In this document: piece by piece, positions 21,420-30,385 of the stretch
Position numbering within the stretch: the first letter of the stretch is position 1
Layout of the letters: each line of letters starts with the position of its first letter
Assembly (NCBI GenBank): GCA_947642475.1
Contig: CANRSQ010000002.1
Span: 608 to 64,607, forward strand
Direction: 5' to 3'
From: an uncultured Mycoplasmatota bacterium
Lineage (GTDB): Bacteria > Bacillota_I > Bacilli_A > RF39 > UBA660
Length of the DNA: 64,000 nucleotides
Notes under the pieces: model-generated
Told to the model about the DNA's origin: nothing
What the model saw: the letters and a program-made list of their open reading frames with translations, nothing else
The model's database searches: none
Made by a program: the position numbers and the translations under genes

Positions 21420-23344
21420 TGGAAGAAAACAAAGAACATTATAACGAATCCGATATTCAGGTTTTAGAAGGTCTAGAAGCCGTAAGAAAACGTCCTGGAA
21501 TGTATATAGGAACAACTGATGTTAAAGGACTTCACCATTTAGTATGGGAAATAGTTGATAATGCTATCGACGAAGCTTTAGCAGGATATTGTGATAATAT
21601 CGAAATTATCATCAACAAAGACAATTCAATCACTGTCAAAGATAATGGTCGTGGAATTCCAACAGGAGTACATCCAAAAACTGGATTATCAACTGTTGAA
21701 ACAGTATATACCGTATTACACGCCGGTGGAAAATTCGGTGGAGGTGGATACAAAGTATCAGGTGGACTTCACGGAGTAGGAGCTTCAGTAGTTAATGCCT
21801 TATCAACAAGTGTAACCGTTACAGTATATAAAGATGGTCATATTCACGAAGCTAAATTCGAAAACGGTGGAAAAATCACTCAAAAATTAACAATAATAGG
21901 TGATTGTGAGCCAGACAGAACAGGAACACATGTAACTTTCAAACCAGACCCAGATATCTTCGACACAGACATCTATGACTATAATACTTTAATGGTCAGA
22001 ACAAGAGAACTAGCTTTCTTAAATAAAGGATTAAGTCTAACATTAAGAGATGACCGCGATGAAGAAGATACAACAGGAGAAACATTCCATTATGAAGGTG
22101 GTATTAGTGAATATGTTAAATATTTAAACGCTAATAAAACACCAATTCAAAATGAAATTATTCATTTAGAAGGACAGCAAGATGGAATTATGTTCGAAGT
22201 TGCCCTTCAATATAACACAGGATACACAGATAGTGTTTATTCATTCGTTAATAACATCAACACACATGATGGTGGTACCCACGAAGAAGGTGTCAGAAGA
22301 GCTTTAACAAGAATAATCAATAACTATGCTAGAAAAAATAATATATTAAAAGAAAAAGATGATTCTTTAAGCGGTGAAGATGTCAAAGAAGGATTAACAA
22401 TGATCGTTTCTTGTAAACATCCAAACCCACAATTTGAAGGACAAACCAAAGGAAGACTTGGAAATTCAGAAGTAAGAAAGCTAGCTGATAATGTCTTCGC
22501 CGAAGGTTTTGAAAGATATCTTTTAGAACATCCAGATGAAGCAAAAATTATTGTGGAAAAAAATATGACAGCTGCTAGAGCCAGAGTAGCCGCTAAAAAA
22601 GCCAGAGAATTAACAAGAAGAAAAAGTGACTTAGACGTTATAAACTTTGGTGGAAAACTAGTAGACTGTAAGGATAAAGATCCAATTAAATGCGAAATAT
22701 TCCTAGTCGAAGGAGATTCAGCAGGTGGATCTGCTATTAAAGGTAGAGACTCAATGACCCAAGCAATCCTTCCATTAAGAGGTAAAATCTTAAATGTAGA
22801 AAAAGCAAGATTAGATAGAGCTTTATCAAATGAAGAAATAAGAACTATAATTACCGCTTTTGGAACAGGAATAGGTCAAGACTTTGATTTAAAAAAATTA
22901 AGATACCATAAAATAATAATCATGACCGATGCCGATGTCGATGGATCACATATCAGAGTCTTATTATTAACACTATTCTATCGCTTCTTTAAGCCAATAG
23001 TAGAAGCGGGACACGTTTATGCTGCCCAACCACCATTATTCTGTATTAAACACGGAAAAACCATTAAATACGTATTAAATGAGGAAGAAAGAGACGCTTA
23101 TTTAGCTACTTTAAACCCAAATACTAAATATGATATTTTACGTATGAAAGGTTTAGGTGAAATGGACGCCGAAGAATTAAATGAAACAACAATGGATATA
23201 AACACAAGAGTATTAAGAAAAATAACCGTAGATGACGCTATAGAAGCCGATGCTGCCTTCACAAAACTTATGGGTGAAGAAGTAGAACCAAGAAGAAACT
23301 TTATCGAAGAAAATGCAGTATATGCAGAAAATTTAGATATATAG
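21419..23344 (+). CDS. gyrB: DNA gyrase subunit B
   Basis: GHKL ATPase ([16 protein letters not shown]), Toprim ([23 protein letters not shown]). The start overlaps the recF stop (TAATG). Confidence 0.97.
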   Translation: MEENKEHYNESDIQVLEGLEAVRKRPGMYIGTTDVKGLHHLVWEIVDNAIDEALAGYCDNIEIIINKDNSITVKDNGRGIPTGVHPKTGLSTVETVYTVLHAGGKFGGGGYKVSGGLHGVGASVVNALSTSVTVTVYKDGHIHEAKFENGGKITQKLTIIGDCEPDRTGTHVTFKPDPDIFDTDIYDYNTLMVRTRELAFLNKGLSLTLRDDRDEEDTTGETFHYEGGISEYVKYLNANKTPIQNEIIHLEGQQDGIMFEVALQYNTGYTDSVYSFVNNINTHDGGTHEEGVRRALTRIINNYARKNNILKEKDDSLSGEDVKEGLTMIVSCKHPNPQFEGQTKGRLGNSEVRKLADNVFAEGFERYLLEHPDEAKIIVEKNMTAARARVAAKKARELTRRKSDLDVINFGGKLVDCKDKDPIKCEIFLVEGDSAGGSAIKGRDSMTQAILPLRGKILNVEKARLDRALSNEEIRTIITAFGTGIGQDFDLKKLRYHKIIIMTDADVDGSHIRVLLLTLFYRFFKPIVEAGHVYAAQPPLFCIKHGKTIKYVLNEEERDAYLATLNPNTKYDILRMKGLGEMDAEELNETTMDINTRVLRKITVDDAIEADAAFTKLMGEEVEPRRNFIEENAVYAENLDI

Positions 23345-23354
23345 GAGGTAAATC

Positions 23355-25865
23355 ATGGATAAAGATAAATTACAAGAGAACAACATAGTAGATGAAATAG
23401 AAAAATCATTCCTTGAGTATTCGATGAGTGTAATTGTATCCCGTGCTTTACCAGATTTAAGAGACGGATTAAAACCAGTTCACAGAAGAATACTATATTC
23501 AATGTACGAATCAGGTTATACTCCTGATAAACCACATAAAAAGAGTGCCAGAATCGTCGGAGACGTAATGGGTAAATATCACCCACACGGAGACTCATCA
23601 ATTTATGAAGCAATGGTAAGAATGGCCCAAGACTTTAGCTACAGATATATGTTAGTAGATGGTCATGGAAACTTCGGTATCATTGAAGGTTCTGGAGCCG
23701 CTGCAATGCGTTATACCGAATCAAGATTATCAAAATTATCATTAGAGTTATTAAGAGATCTTAATAAAGATACTGTAGACTTTGATCCAAACTTTGATGA
23801 ATCATTAAAAGAACCAAAAATACTACCTTCAAGATTTCCAAATATCTTAGTAAATGGTACAATGGGAATCGCTGTAGGTATGGCTACAAACATTCCACCA
23901 CATAATTTAAGCGAAGTTATTGATGGATGTGTCGCATATATAGATAATCCAGATATAGATACAGATGGATTGATGCAACACATAAAAGGTCCAGATTTCC
24001 CAACCGGCGCAACTATTCTAGGTAATAGTGGAATAAAAAAAGCCTATGAAACAGGAAAAGGAACCATTACAATCCGAAGTAAAGCTGAAATAGAAGAAAA
24101 AAATGGTAGACAATATATAGTTATTACAGAAGTTCCTTATGGAATAAAAACATCAGATTTAAAAGACAAAGTAGCTGAATTAGTTCACAATAAAACAATT
24201 GATGGAATTTCTGATTATCATACCGATTTAAAAAAAGGTGTAAAAATTACAATAACTCTTAAAAAGGACGCAAATGCACAAGTAGTCTTAAATAACTTAT
24301 ATAAACATACCGCATTTCAAACAACTTTCGGTATAACACTATTAATGCTTGATAATGGAGTTCCAAAAACTCTAGGATTAAAAGATATAATTTCAAAATA
24401 TATCGATTATCAAAAAGAAATAATCATCAGAAGAACAAGATTCGACCTAAATAAAGCCGAAAATCGTGTTCATATACTAGAAGGTTTAAAAATAGCTTTA
24501 GACAACATAGATGCCGTTATAAAGCTAATTAGAGGATCAAAATCTGACGAGGAAGCTAGAACAGGCCTTATGAATGATTTCAAACTTAGTGAAGCACAAG
24601 CAAATGCTATTCTAGAAATGAAATTAAGAAGATTAACAGGCTTAGAAAGAGAAAAAGTAGAAGATGAATTAAGAGAACTACTCGAAAAAATAAAATATTA
24701 TAAAGAAGTCCTTGATTCAGAACAAAAAATCTTAGGAATAATCAAAGATGAAATGCTAGAAATCAAAAACAAATATGGTGATGATAGAAGAACCAATATA
24801 GATATGACAGCTATCGATTATATTGAAGATGAATCACTAATACCTGTGGAAAACGTTGTAATAACATTAACAAATAATGGATATATTAAACGTATGACTA
24901 GTGAAACCTACAAAACCCAAAACAGAGGCGGGGTAGGTATCAAAGGAATGGCCACAAATGAAGACGATTTTGTGGAAAAACTAGTACCAATGACTACCCA
25001 CGATTACTTAATGTTCTTCACAAATCGTGGAAAAGTATACAGAATCAAAGGATATGAAATTCCGCAATATAGTAGACAATCAAAAGGATTACCAATAATA
25101 AATCTTTTACCACTAGAAAAAGATGAAAAGGTAAGAGCAATGCTAAAAGTAAGCTCAGATGACGAAAGTCAATATATTGTATTTTGTACACAAAGGGGGC
25201 TAGTTAAGAGAACCGCACTTTCAGAATTTGAAAATATCAGATCAAACGGAAAAATTGCAATAAGTTTAAAAGATGATGATGAATTATTATCAGTTAAGAA
25301 AACAACTGGGGAAAACGAGGTTATAATTGCCTCATCAAATGGTCGTATGATAAGATTCGATGAATCAGAAATTAGAGTAATGGGTAGAACAGCATCAGGA
25401 GTTAAAGGTATAGAACTTGGTGACGGTGTCTGTGTAGGTTGTGAAATTGCCCTTCCAGAACAACAAATATTAGTTGTAACAGAAAAAGGTTATGGAAAAC
25501 GTACATCAGTAGAAGAATATCGTATGACTCACCGTGGAAGCAAAGGTGTAAAAGCCCTTAATATTACTGAGAAAAATGGTAATATAGTATCATTTAAATT
25601 AGTAAACGGAAATGAAGATTTAATGATAATAACAGATAGTGGAATTATTATTAGATTAGGAATCGAACAAGTTTCAAATACTGGTAGAGTAGCTCAGGGT
25701 GTTAGATTAATTCACCTAAAAGACAACCAAAAAGTTAGTAATGCCGCTCTTCTAGAAAAAGAAGTGGAAAACGACCAAGAAGAGTCAGACGACACAAAAG
25801 AAATAGTGGAAAATTCTGAAGTTAAAGAAGAAACTGTGGAAAACTCAGAGCAAAATAACGAATAA
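23355..25865 (+). CDS. gyrA: DNA gyrase subunit A with an acidic C-terminal tail
   Basis: AAMRYTE active-site Tyr motif, QRDR region ([14 protein letters not shown]), C-terminal beta-pinwheel repeats. Confidence 0.97.
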   Translation: MDKDKLQENNIVDEIEKSFLEYSMSVIVSRALPDLRDGLKPVHRRILYSMYESGYTPDKPHKKSARIVGDVMGKYHPHGDSSIYEAMVRMAQDFSYRYMLVDGHGNFGIIEGSGAAAMRYTESRLSKLSLELLRDLNKDTVDFDPNFDESLKEPKILPSRFPNILVNGTMGIAVGMATNIPPHNLSEVIDGCVAYIDNPDIDTDGLMQHIKGPDFPTGATILGNSGIKKAYETGKGTITIRSKAEIEEKNGRQYIVITEVPYGIKTSDLKDKVAELVHNKTIDGISDYHTDLKKGVKITITLKKDANAQVVLNNLYKHTAFQTTFGITLLMLDNGVPKTLGLKDIISKYIDYQKEIIIRRTRFDLNKAENRVHILEGLKIALDNIDAVIKLIRGSKSDEEARTGLMNDFKLSEAQANAILEMKLRRLTGLEREKVEDELRELLEKIKYYKEVLDSEQKILGIIKDEMLEIKNKYGDDRRTNIDMTAIDYIEDESLIPVENVVITLTNNGYIKRMTSETYKTQNRGGVGIKGMATNEDDFVEKLVPMTTHDYLMFFTNRGKVYRIKGYEIPQYSRQSKGLPIINLLPLEKDEKVRAMLKVSSDDESQYIVFCTQRGLVKRTALSEFENIRSNGKIAISLKDDDELLSVKKTTGENEVIIASSNGRMIRFDESEIRVMGRTASGVKGIELGDGVCVGCEIALPEQQILVVTEKGYGKRTSVEEYRMTHRGSKGVKALNITEKNGNIVSFKLVNGNEDLMIITDSGIIIRLGIEQVSNTGRVAQGVRLIHLKDNQKVSNAALLEKEVENDQEESDDTKEIVENSEVKEETVENSEQNNE

Positions 25866-25868
25866 GAT

Positions 25869-25902
25869 AAACTATGTTTCACGTGAAACATAGTTTTTTT
25901 TG
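25869..25902 (+). terminator. Probable gyrA intrinsic terminator, formed by the first parS palindrome
   Basis: A 28-bp perfect palindrome AAACTATGTTTCACGTGAAACATAGTTT (25869-25896) runs into a T-run (TTTTTTTT to 25901), starting 4 nt after the gyrA stop. Confidence 0.55.
25875..25890. other. parS site 1, TGTTTCACGTGAAACA
   Basis: Perfect consensus 16-mer. The palindrome extends over 25869-25896. Confidence 0.85.
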
Positions 25903-25948
25903 TATAAAAATATAGTTAAAGCAACATATTTATTACTTCCATACATGA

Positions 25949-25964
25949 TGTTTCACGTGAAACA
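25949..25964. other. parS site 2, TGTTTCACGTGAAACA
   Basis: Perfect 16-mer. 18-bp palindrome at 25948-25965. Confidence 0.85.
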
Positions 25965-26073
25965 TTAATATACTGATAAGAATGTTTAAAAGTTTGATTA
26001 TATCAGTATAAAAAGTAAAAAATTAAATAACAATGTGGAAATATATAATTTTAAATAACAAATTCTGAATTAT

Positions 26074-26089
26074 AGTTTCACGTGAAACT
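26074..26089. other. parS site 3, variant AGTTTCACGTGAAACT
   Basis: Perfect 14-mer core. 24-bp palindrome at 26070-26093. Confidence 0.8.
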
Positions 26090-26171
26090 ATAAATAAAGA
26101 TAAAAAAAACATTCCAATTATATAAAGCAGTAGTAATACAAAAAAACAATTCAACTTATTTTATCAACCAA

Positions 26172-26187
26172 TGTTTCACGTGAAACA
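26172..26187. other. parS site 4, TGTTTCACGTGAAACA
   Basis: Perfect 16-mer. 18-bp palindrome at 26171-26188. Confidence 0.85.
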
Positions 26188-26297
26188 TGGATACACTGAC
26201 AAATACGTTAAATAGTTTAAATTTTAAACCAAAAAATAGAAAAACAAAGTAAATTATGTGGAAAACAATTCGAAATTAGATGAAAAATACAAATTAT

Positions 26298-26313
26298 AGT
26301 TTCACGTGAAACA
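26298..26313. other. parS site 5, hybrid AGTTTCACGTGAAACA
   Basis: Perfect 14-mer core at 26299-26312. The outer positions are asymmetric. Confidence 0.8.
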
Positions 26314-26408
26314 CAAATAGAAACATTTATCATTCTAATTAATTATTAAAATATAATTTTGAAAATAGAAATAAATTATAATCAAAAAAGATTAGTAATA
26401 AAAAATAA

Positions 26409-26424
26409 TGTTTCACGTGAAACA
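26409..26424. other. parS site 6, TGTTTCACGTGAAACA
   Basis: Perfect 16-mer. 20-bp palindrome at 26407-26426. Confidence 0.85.
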
Positions 26425-26444
26425 TTGGTAAACAAAAAAACTAT

Positions 26445-26460
26445 AGTTTCACGTGAAACT
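26445..26460. other. parS site 7, variant AGTTTCACGTGAAACT
   Basis: 20-bp palindrome at 26443-26462. Its centre is only 36 bp from the centre of site 6. Confidence 0.8.
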
Positions 26461-26583
26461 ATGAAAATTAAAAAATAGTAAAGAAATATTTATTCATGTG
26501 ACATATATGATAATTTATAAATAAAATGTGAAAAAAATATAAAATTATATAAGAAAGTGTCATTATAGCAATCACTAACTCAA

Positions 26584-26599
26584 TGTTTCACGTGAAACA
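26584..26599. other. parS site 8, TGTTTCACGTGAAACA
   Basis: 22-bp palindrome at 26581-26602. Confidence 0.85.
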
Positions 26600-26686
26600 T
26601 TGTTGATAAAAATATAACACCTTAGTCAAAATAATCACTCAGAAGAAAAAATAAAATATATATAAACAGTAGTAGAATAAAATCAT

Positions 26687-26702
26687 AGTTTCACGTGAAA
26701 CT
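26687..26702. other. parS site 9, variant AGTTTCACGTGAAACT
   Basis: 20-bp palindrome at 26685-26704. Confidence 0.8.
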
Positions 26703-26790
26703 ATAAAAGAAAGTAAATCCGTAATTTCAAATAATTGCGATCCTATTAAGTAATTGAATAATAATGATAAAAAAATAGAGCAAAACCTAA

Positions 26791-26806
26791 TGTTTCACGT
26801 GAAACA
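26791..26806. other. parS site 10, TGTTTCACGTGAAACA
   Basis: 22-bp palindrome at 26788-26809. Confidence 0.85.
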
Positions 26807-26896
26807 TTAAAATAATAACTAAAATATAAAAAATAATATTGTGGAAAAATAGGATAAATAGATGTGGAAAAACAAAATTTACAGAAAAAACAGTAT

Positions 26897-26912
26897 TGTT
26901 TCACGTGAAACA
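26897..26912. other. parS site 11, TGTTTCACGTGAAACA
   Basis: Perfect 16-mer. Confidence 0.85.
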
Positions 26913-26959
26913 TAGATATAAGTTTGCCTTTTAAAAAAAAATAATATATTATTAATACT

Positions 26960-27036
26960 GGTACAACATTTATGTTCGAACCAGGTCAGAATCGGAAGAT
27001 AGCAGCCTTAAGGACCACTAAATGTGTGTACCTTTT
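26960..27036 (+). ncRNA. ffs: Small (4.5S-type) signal recognition particle RNA
   Basis: Contains the conserved SRP domain IV sequence CCAGGTCAGAATCGGAAGATAGCAGCCTTAAGG with a GGAA tetraloop. The 5' GGTACAACATTTA pairs with the 3' TAAATGTGTGTACC, followed by TTTTAT. A promoter-like TTGCCT(26924)-17-TATTAT(26947) places the TSS near G26960. Synteny with tadA/dnaX matches Bacillus scr. Confidence 0.75.
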
Positions 27037-27051
27037 ATTATAGGTGATAAT

Positions 27052-27456
27052 ATGAACAAATATATGGACTTAGCATTTAAAGAAGCTAAAAAATCAATAA
27101 AAACAGATGATGTTCCAGTAGGTGCGGTTATCGTAGAAAATGGAGTAGTAATAGCCAAAGCACATAATACCAAAGAGAAAAAACACATTGTAACAAGACA
27201 CGCAGAAATAAATGTTGTGGAAAAAGCATGTAAAAAAAAGAAAAATTGGTATTTAAATAACTGCGAATTATATGTAACATTAGAACCATGTAAAATGTGT
27301 ATGGGAGCAATAGAACAGGCAAGAATTAAAACAGTAATTTATGCCGCCCCAAGAGATAAAAACGACAATTTAAAATCACCACCGCTCAAACAAGGAGAAG
27401 GTGTGGAAAAATCCCGAGAAATGTTAAAATCCTTTTTCGAAAACAAGAGAAAATAA
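27052..27456 (+). CDS. tadA: tRNA-specific adenosine deaminase
   Basis: HAE...PCKMC zinc-binding deaminase motifs. The likely start is the ATG at 27052 (MNKYMDLAF). The ORF-track start at 27022 would overlap the SRP RNA. Confidence 0.9.
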   Translation: MNKYMDLAFKEAKKSIKTDDVPVGAVIVENGVVIAKAHNTKEKKHIVTRHAEINVVEKACKKKKNWYLNNCELYVTLEPCKMCMGAIEQARIKTVIYAAPRDKNDNLKSPPLKQGEGVEKSREMLKSFFENKRK

Positions 27457-27521
27457 TGTAAAGTTATTTTCTTTTATTGTGGATAAATGGTATAATTATA
27501 TATAGTTCAGAGGGTGATAAA

Positions 27522-29243
27522 ATGTATCAAGCTTTATATAGAAAATACCGTCCACAAACCTTAGAAGAAGTAGGTGGACAAGATACAATTGTAAAAATAA
27601 TAAAAAATTCCATAAACAAAGGTAAAATAAACCATGCTTATTTATTTGCAGGCCCAAGAGGTACCGGAAAAACAAGTATTGCTAAAATATTTGCAAAAAT
27701 GGTAAACTGTGAACATCTAAAAAATGGAATTCCCTGTGGAAAATGCGTTAGCTGTACGCAAACAAATAATAGCGATACAATCGAAATAGATGCTGCTTCA
27801 AACAATGGAGTAGATGAGATAAGAGAACTGAGAAATAACGTTAATTTGGTACCATCATATGGGAAATACAAAGTCTATATAATTGATGAGGTTCATATGC
27901 TTACAACAGGCGCATTCAATGCATTATTAAAAACATTAGAAGAACCTCCAGCACACATAATATTTATTTTAGCTACAACTGATCCTCATAAAATACCAGA
28001 AACAATACTTTCTAGATGTCAAAGACTAGATTTTAAAAAAATTAGTGAAAATAGCATAGTAAAACGATTAAAAGACATAGTAAAAGCAGAAAATATAACA
28101 ATCGAAGAAGGAGCATTAAGAGAAATTGCCCGTCTGTCTGATGGAGGAATGCGTGATTCAATAGGAATGCTAGATCAAGCCATCGCTTATACGGACGGAA
28201 ATATTACCCCAAAAGATATACATGATATTAACGGAACTTTGACAGCCGAAAGCTTAAAAAATCTAATAAATGTAATAATTACAAGGAAAATAAAGGAAAT
28301 ATTCGAAATATTAGATAATTACAACGAAAATGGTAAGAATTTTGTCAAATTAACAGAAGAAATCATTACCTTTATGCGCAATACGTTATTATATAAAAAT
28401 GCCAAAGAATATTTCATTGGAGTAAACGGAGATACCGATATATATGAAGAAATTTCCAGGGAAATAACAACAACAGAAATATTAAGATATATAGAAATCT
28501 TAAATAACACCATTTTAGAAATGAAAACAACCAATAATACAAAATTATTACTAGAATTAGCAATAATTCAAATGATAAATGAAGAAAACTATCAAATAGT
28601 TAACCACGAAATACAAAAACCTGTGGAAAACTCGATAAAAAGTGTAGAAAAACAAAAAAATGAAACCTATGTTAAAGAAACATCTATTACAAAACCAACA
28701 GTAGAAGAAAAAACTGTGGACAAACCAGAAGAAACACCAAAAGAAACTTCACAACCAATAATAGAAAAACAAAAAATTAGTGAAGAAGGTAAAAAAGAAT
28801 TAGAAAAAATAAAAAACATAAGAATAGATAATACTTTAGCAGAATTTTCTAAAAAACATTTACAAGAACTAAAACCACAAATAGATAGTTTTAATGAGTT
28901 TTTACTAGATCCAGAAATTAGCCCATTCATATCAATTATATTAGATGGAACCCTAAAAGCCGCTAGTAACAAAAACCTAATTTTTGTCTATAAAAACGAA
29001 AGAACATCTAATTTATTTAATGAAAATATAATAAATGTGGAAAAAACAATAGAAAAAGTCTTAAAAAACAAATATAAAGTAATCGCAACCGATATAAATC
29101 ATTGGGAAAAAATAAAAAATGAATTTAATAGTAAAAAAAGAGAGTATAATTATACTGAAGAAACATTCAATCTTGAAGAATTATTTAACAAAAACGAAAC
29201 AAATGACTTTAGCGATTTTCAAGATATAATAGAATATAATTAG
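27522..29243 (+). CDS. dnaX: DNA polymerase III subunit tau/gamma
   Basis: GPRGTGKTS Walker A, zinc module CGKCVSC, SRC motif (LSRCQRLDF). The likely start is the ATG at 27522 (MYQALYRKYRP) after GGGTGA. Confidence 0.95.
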   Translation: MYQALYRKYRPQTLEEVGGQDTIVKIIKNSINKGKINHAYLFAGPRGTGKTSIAKIFAKMVNCEHLKNGIPCGKCVSCTQTNNSDTIEIDAASNNGVDEIRELRNNVNLVPSYGKYKVYIIDEVHMLTTGAFNALLKTLEEPPAHIIFILATTDPHKIPETILSRCQRLDFKKISENSIVKRLKDIVKAENITIEEGALREIARLSDGGMRDSIGMLDQAIAYTDGNITPKDIHDINGTLTAESLKNLINVIITRKIKEIFEILDNYNENGKNFVKLTEEIITFMRNTLLYKNAKEYFIGVNGDTDIYEEISREITTTEILRYIEILNNTILEMKTTNNTKLLLELAIIQMINEENYQIVNHEIQKPVENSIKSVEKQKNETYVKETSITKPTVEEKTVDKPEETPKETSQPIIEKQKISEEGKKELEKIKNIRIDNTLAEFSKKHLQELKPQIDSFNEFLLDPEISPFISIILDGTLKAASNKNLIFVYKNERTSNLFNENIINVEKTIEKVLKNKYKVIATDINHWEKIKNEFNSKKREYNYTEETFNLEELFNKNETNDFSDFQDIIEYN

Positions 29244-29258
29244 AAAGAAGGAAATAAA

Positions 29259-29555
29259 ATGAATATTCAAGCAATGATGAAACAAGCACAAAAAATGCAA
29301 AAAGACATGATGAATGCCAAAGAAGAAATAGATAATATGACATTCGAAGGGAAATCATCCTTAGTTACTGTAGAAATGAAAGGTACCAAAGAACTTACCA
29401 AAGTTAAAATCGATGCCGAAGCAATCGAAAGTGATGAAATCGAAATGTTAGAAGATATGATAGTAGTCGCAGTAAATGAAGCTAGTAAAAAAATTGATCA
29501 AACAACCGAAGACAAAATGGGTAAATATACAAAAGGAATGCCAGGTTTATTCTAA
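29259..29555 (+). CDS. ybaB: Nucleoid-associated protein YbaB/EbfC
   Basis: 98 aa with the typical MQKDMM... N-terminus and PGLF C-terminus. Located between dnaX and recR. Confidence 0.9.
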   Translation: MNIQAMMKQAQKMQKDMMNAKEEIDNMTFEGKSSLVTVEMKGTKELTKVKIDAEAIESDEIEMLEDMIVVAVNEASKKIDQTTEDKMGKYTKGMPGLF

Positions 29556-30151
29556 TGTATCCAAAAACAATAAATAATTTAATAGAATGTTTTAAGAAAT
29601 TTCCTGGAATTGGTGAGAAAACAGCAGAACGTTTAGCCCTTTCATGTTTGAACATGGACGATGAAACAATTGAATTATTTACTAAATCACTTCAAGGTAG
29701 TAAAACAAACATAAAAAAATGTGAAAAATGTGGAAATCTTTCAGAAGAAAATTTATGTACAATATGCAAAGATACATCAAGAGATAAAAAAGTACTTTGC
29801 GTTGTAGAAGAAAGTAAAAATATCGTTCTTTTTGAAAAAATAGGAACATTTAATGGAACTTACCACGTTTTAAATGGATTAATTTCTCCATTAGATGGAA
29901 TTAATCCTGAAGATATAAATATTGCTTCTTTAATTAATAGAATAAAAGAAGATGAAATAAAAGAAGTAATATTAGCTGTTAAACCAACTGTTGAAGGAGA
30001 AACAACAGCCCTATACATCAGAAAATTACTAGAAGGGACAGATGTAGTCATATCTAAAATAGCCCATGGAATACCAATGGGAGCAGATATCGATTACATT
30101 GATTCCTTAACTTTAGAAATTGCCTTATCAGAGCGTAGTCAGATTTCATAA
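29555..30151 (+). CDS. recR: Recombination protein RecR
   Basis: HhH (PGIGEKTAERLA), C4 zinc finger (CEKCGN..CTIC), Toprim domain. Confidence 0.95.
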   Translation: MYPKTINNLIECFKKFPGIGEKTAERLALSCLNMDDETIELFTKSLQGSKTNIKKCEKCGNLSEENLCTICKDTSRDKKVLCVVEESKNIVLFEKIGTFNGTYHVLNGLISPLDGINPEDINIASLINRIKEDEIKEVILAVKPTVEGETTALYIRKLLEGTDVVISKIAHGIPMGADIDYIDSLTLEIALSERSQIS

Positions 30152-30188
30152 ATTACAAATAAAATTATATAATTTATTGAGGTGTTAC

Positions 30189-30374
30189 ATGCTTAATAAA
30201 TTAACAATAATATTAAAAAAGCTTGTAGTAGGCTTTTTCATGCTATATGGTTACAATATCATTGTGCCAGCAGCTGCAATTATTCCTATAAATATTGTAA
30301 CAGTAATTTTACTTACAATATTTGGTTTGCCGGCCCTTATATTTTTAATAATAATTAGAGTATTGGTATATTAG
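30189..30374 (+). CDS. bofA: BofA-like small membrane protein
   Basis: 61 aa with 2 TM segments. IPINIVTVILLTIFGLPALIFLIII resembles B. subtilis BofA (VPINLVTTAISGILGIPGIAALVV). It has the same position after recR. The ATG at 30189 has a GAGGTG RBS. Confidence 0.55.
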   Translation: MLNKLTIILKKLVVGFFMLYGYNIIVPAAAIIPINIVTVILLTIFGLPALIFLIIIRVLVY

Positions 30375-30385
30375 GAGGAAGAATT

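Larger units (their letters stand above)
25869..26912. repeat. Array of 11 parS-consensus palindromes (centromere-like) interspersed with DnaA-box 9-mers
   Basis: GTTTCACGTGAAAC occurs 11 times within 1.05 kb that lacks any ORF of 60 aa or more. TGTGGAAA(A/T) occurs at 26034, 26257, 26840 and 26863. Confidence 0.85.

Noticed and set aside
25869-26912. The repeat array could be read as a CRISPR array.
   Set aside because: The repeat is a 16-28 bp perfect palindrome identical to the parS consensus. The spacings are irregular (36-139 bp centre to centre). The spacers are partly related to each other and extremely AT-rich. No cas genes or leader are present in the window.
27022-27051. Long 5' extensions given by the ORF track. 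Examples: tadA from 27022, dnaX from 27477, uvrB from 5611, trxB from 2408, pth from 33647, rplE from 62852, gpsA from 55650, comK from 19666.
   Set aside because: The extensions overlap upstream genes or the SRP RNA and lack an RBS. The internal starts are preceded by GGAGG/GGTGA-type RBSs and give canonical N-termini.
28640-28665. The A-run (AAACAAAAAAATG) in dnaX as a possible programmed frameshift site producing a gamma subunit.
   Set aside because: There is no A-AAA-AAG-type slippery heptamer in the correct frame followed by a stable hairpin. Such A-runs are frequent in this AT-rich genome, so there is no support from the sequence alone.
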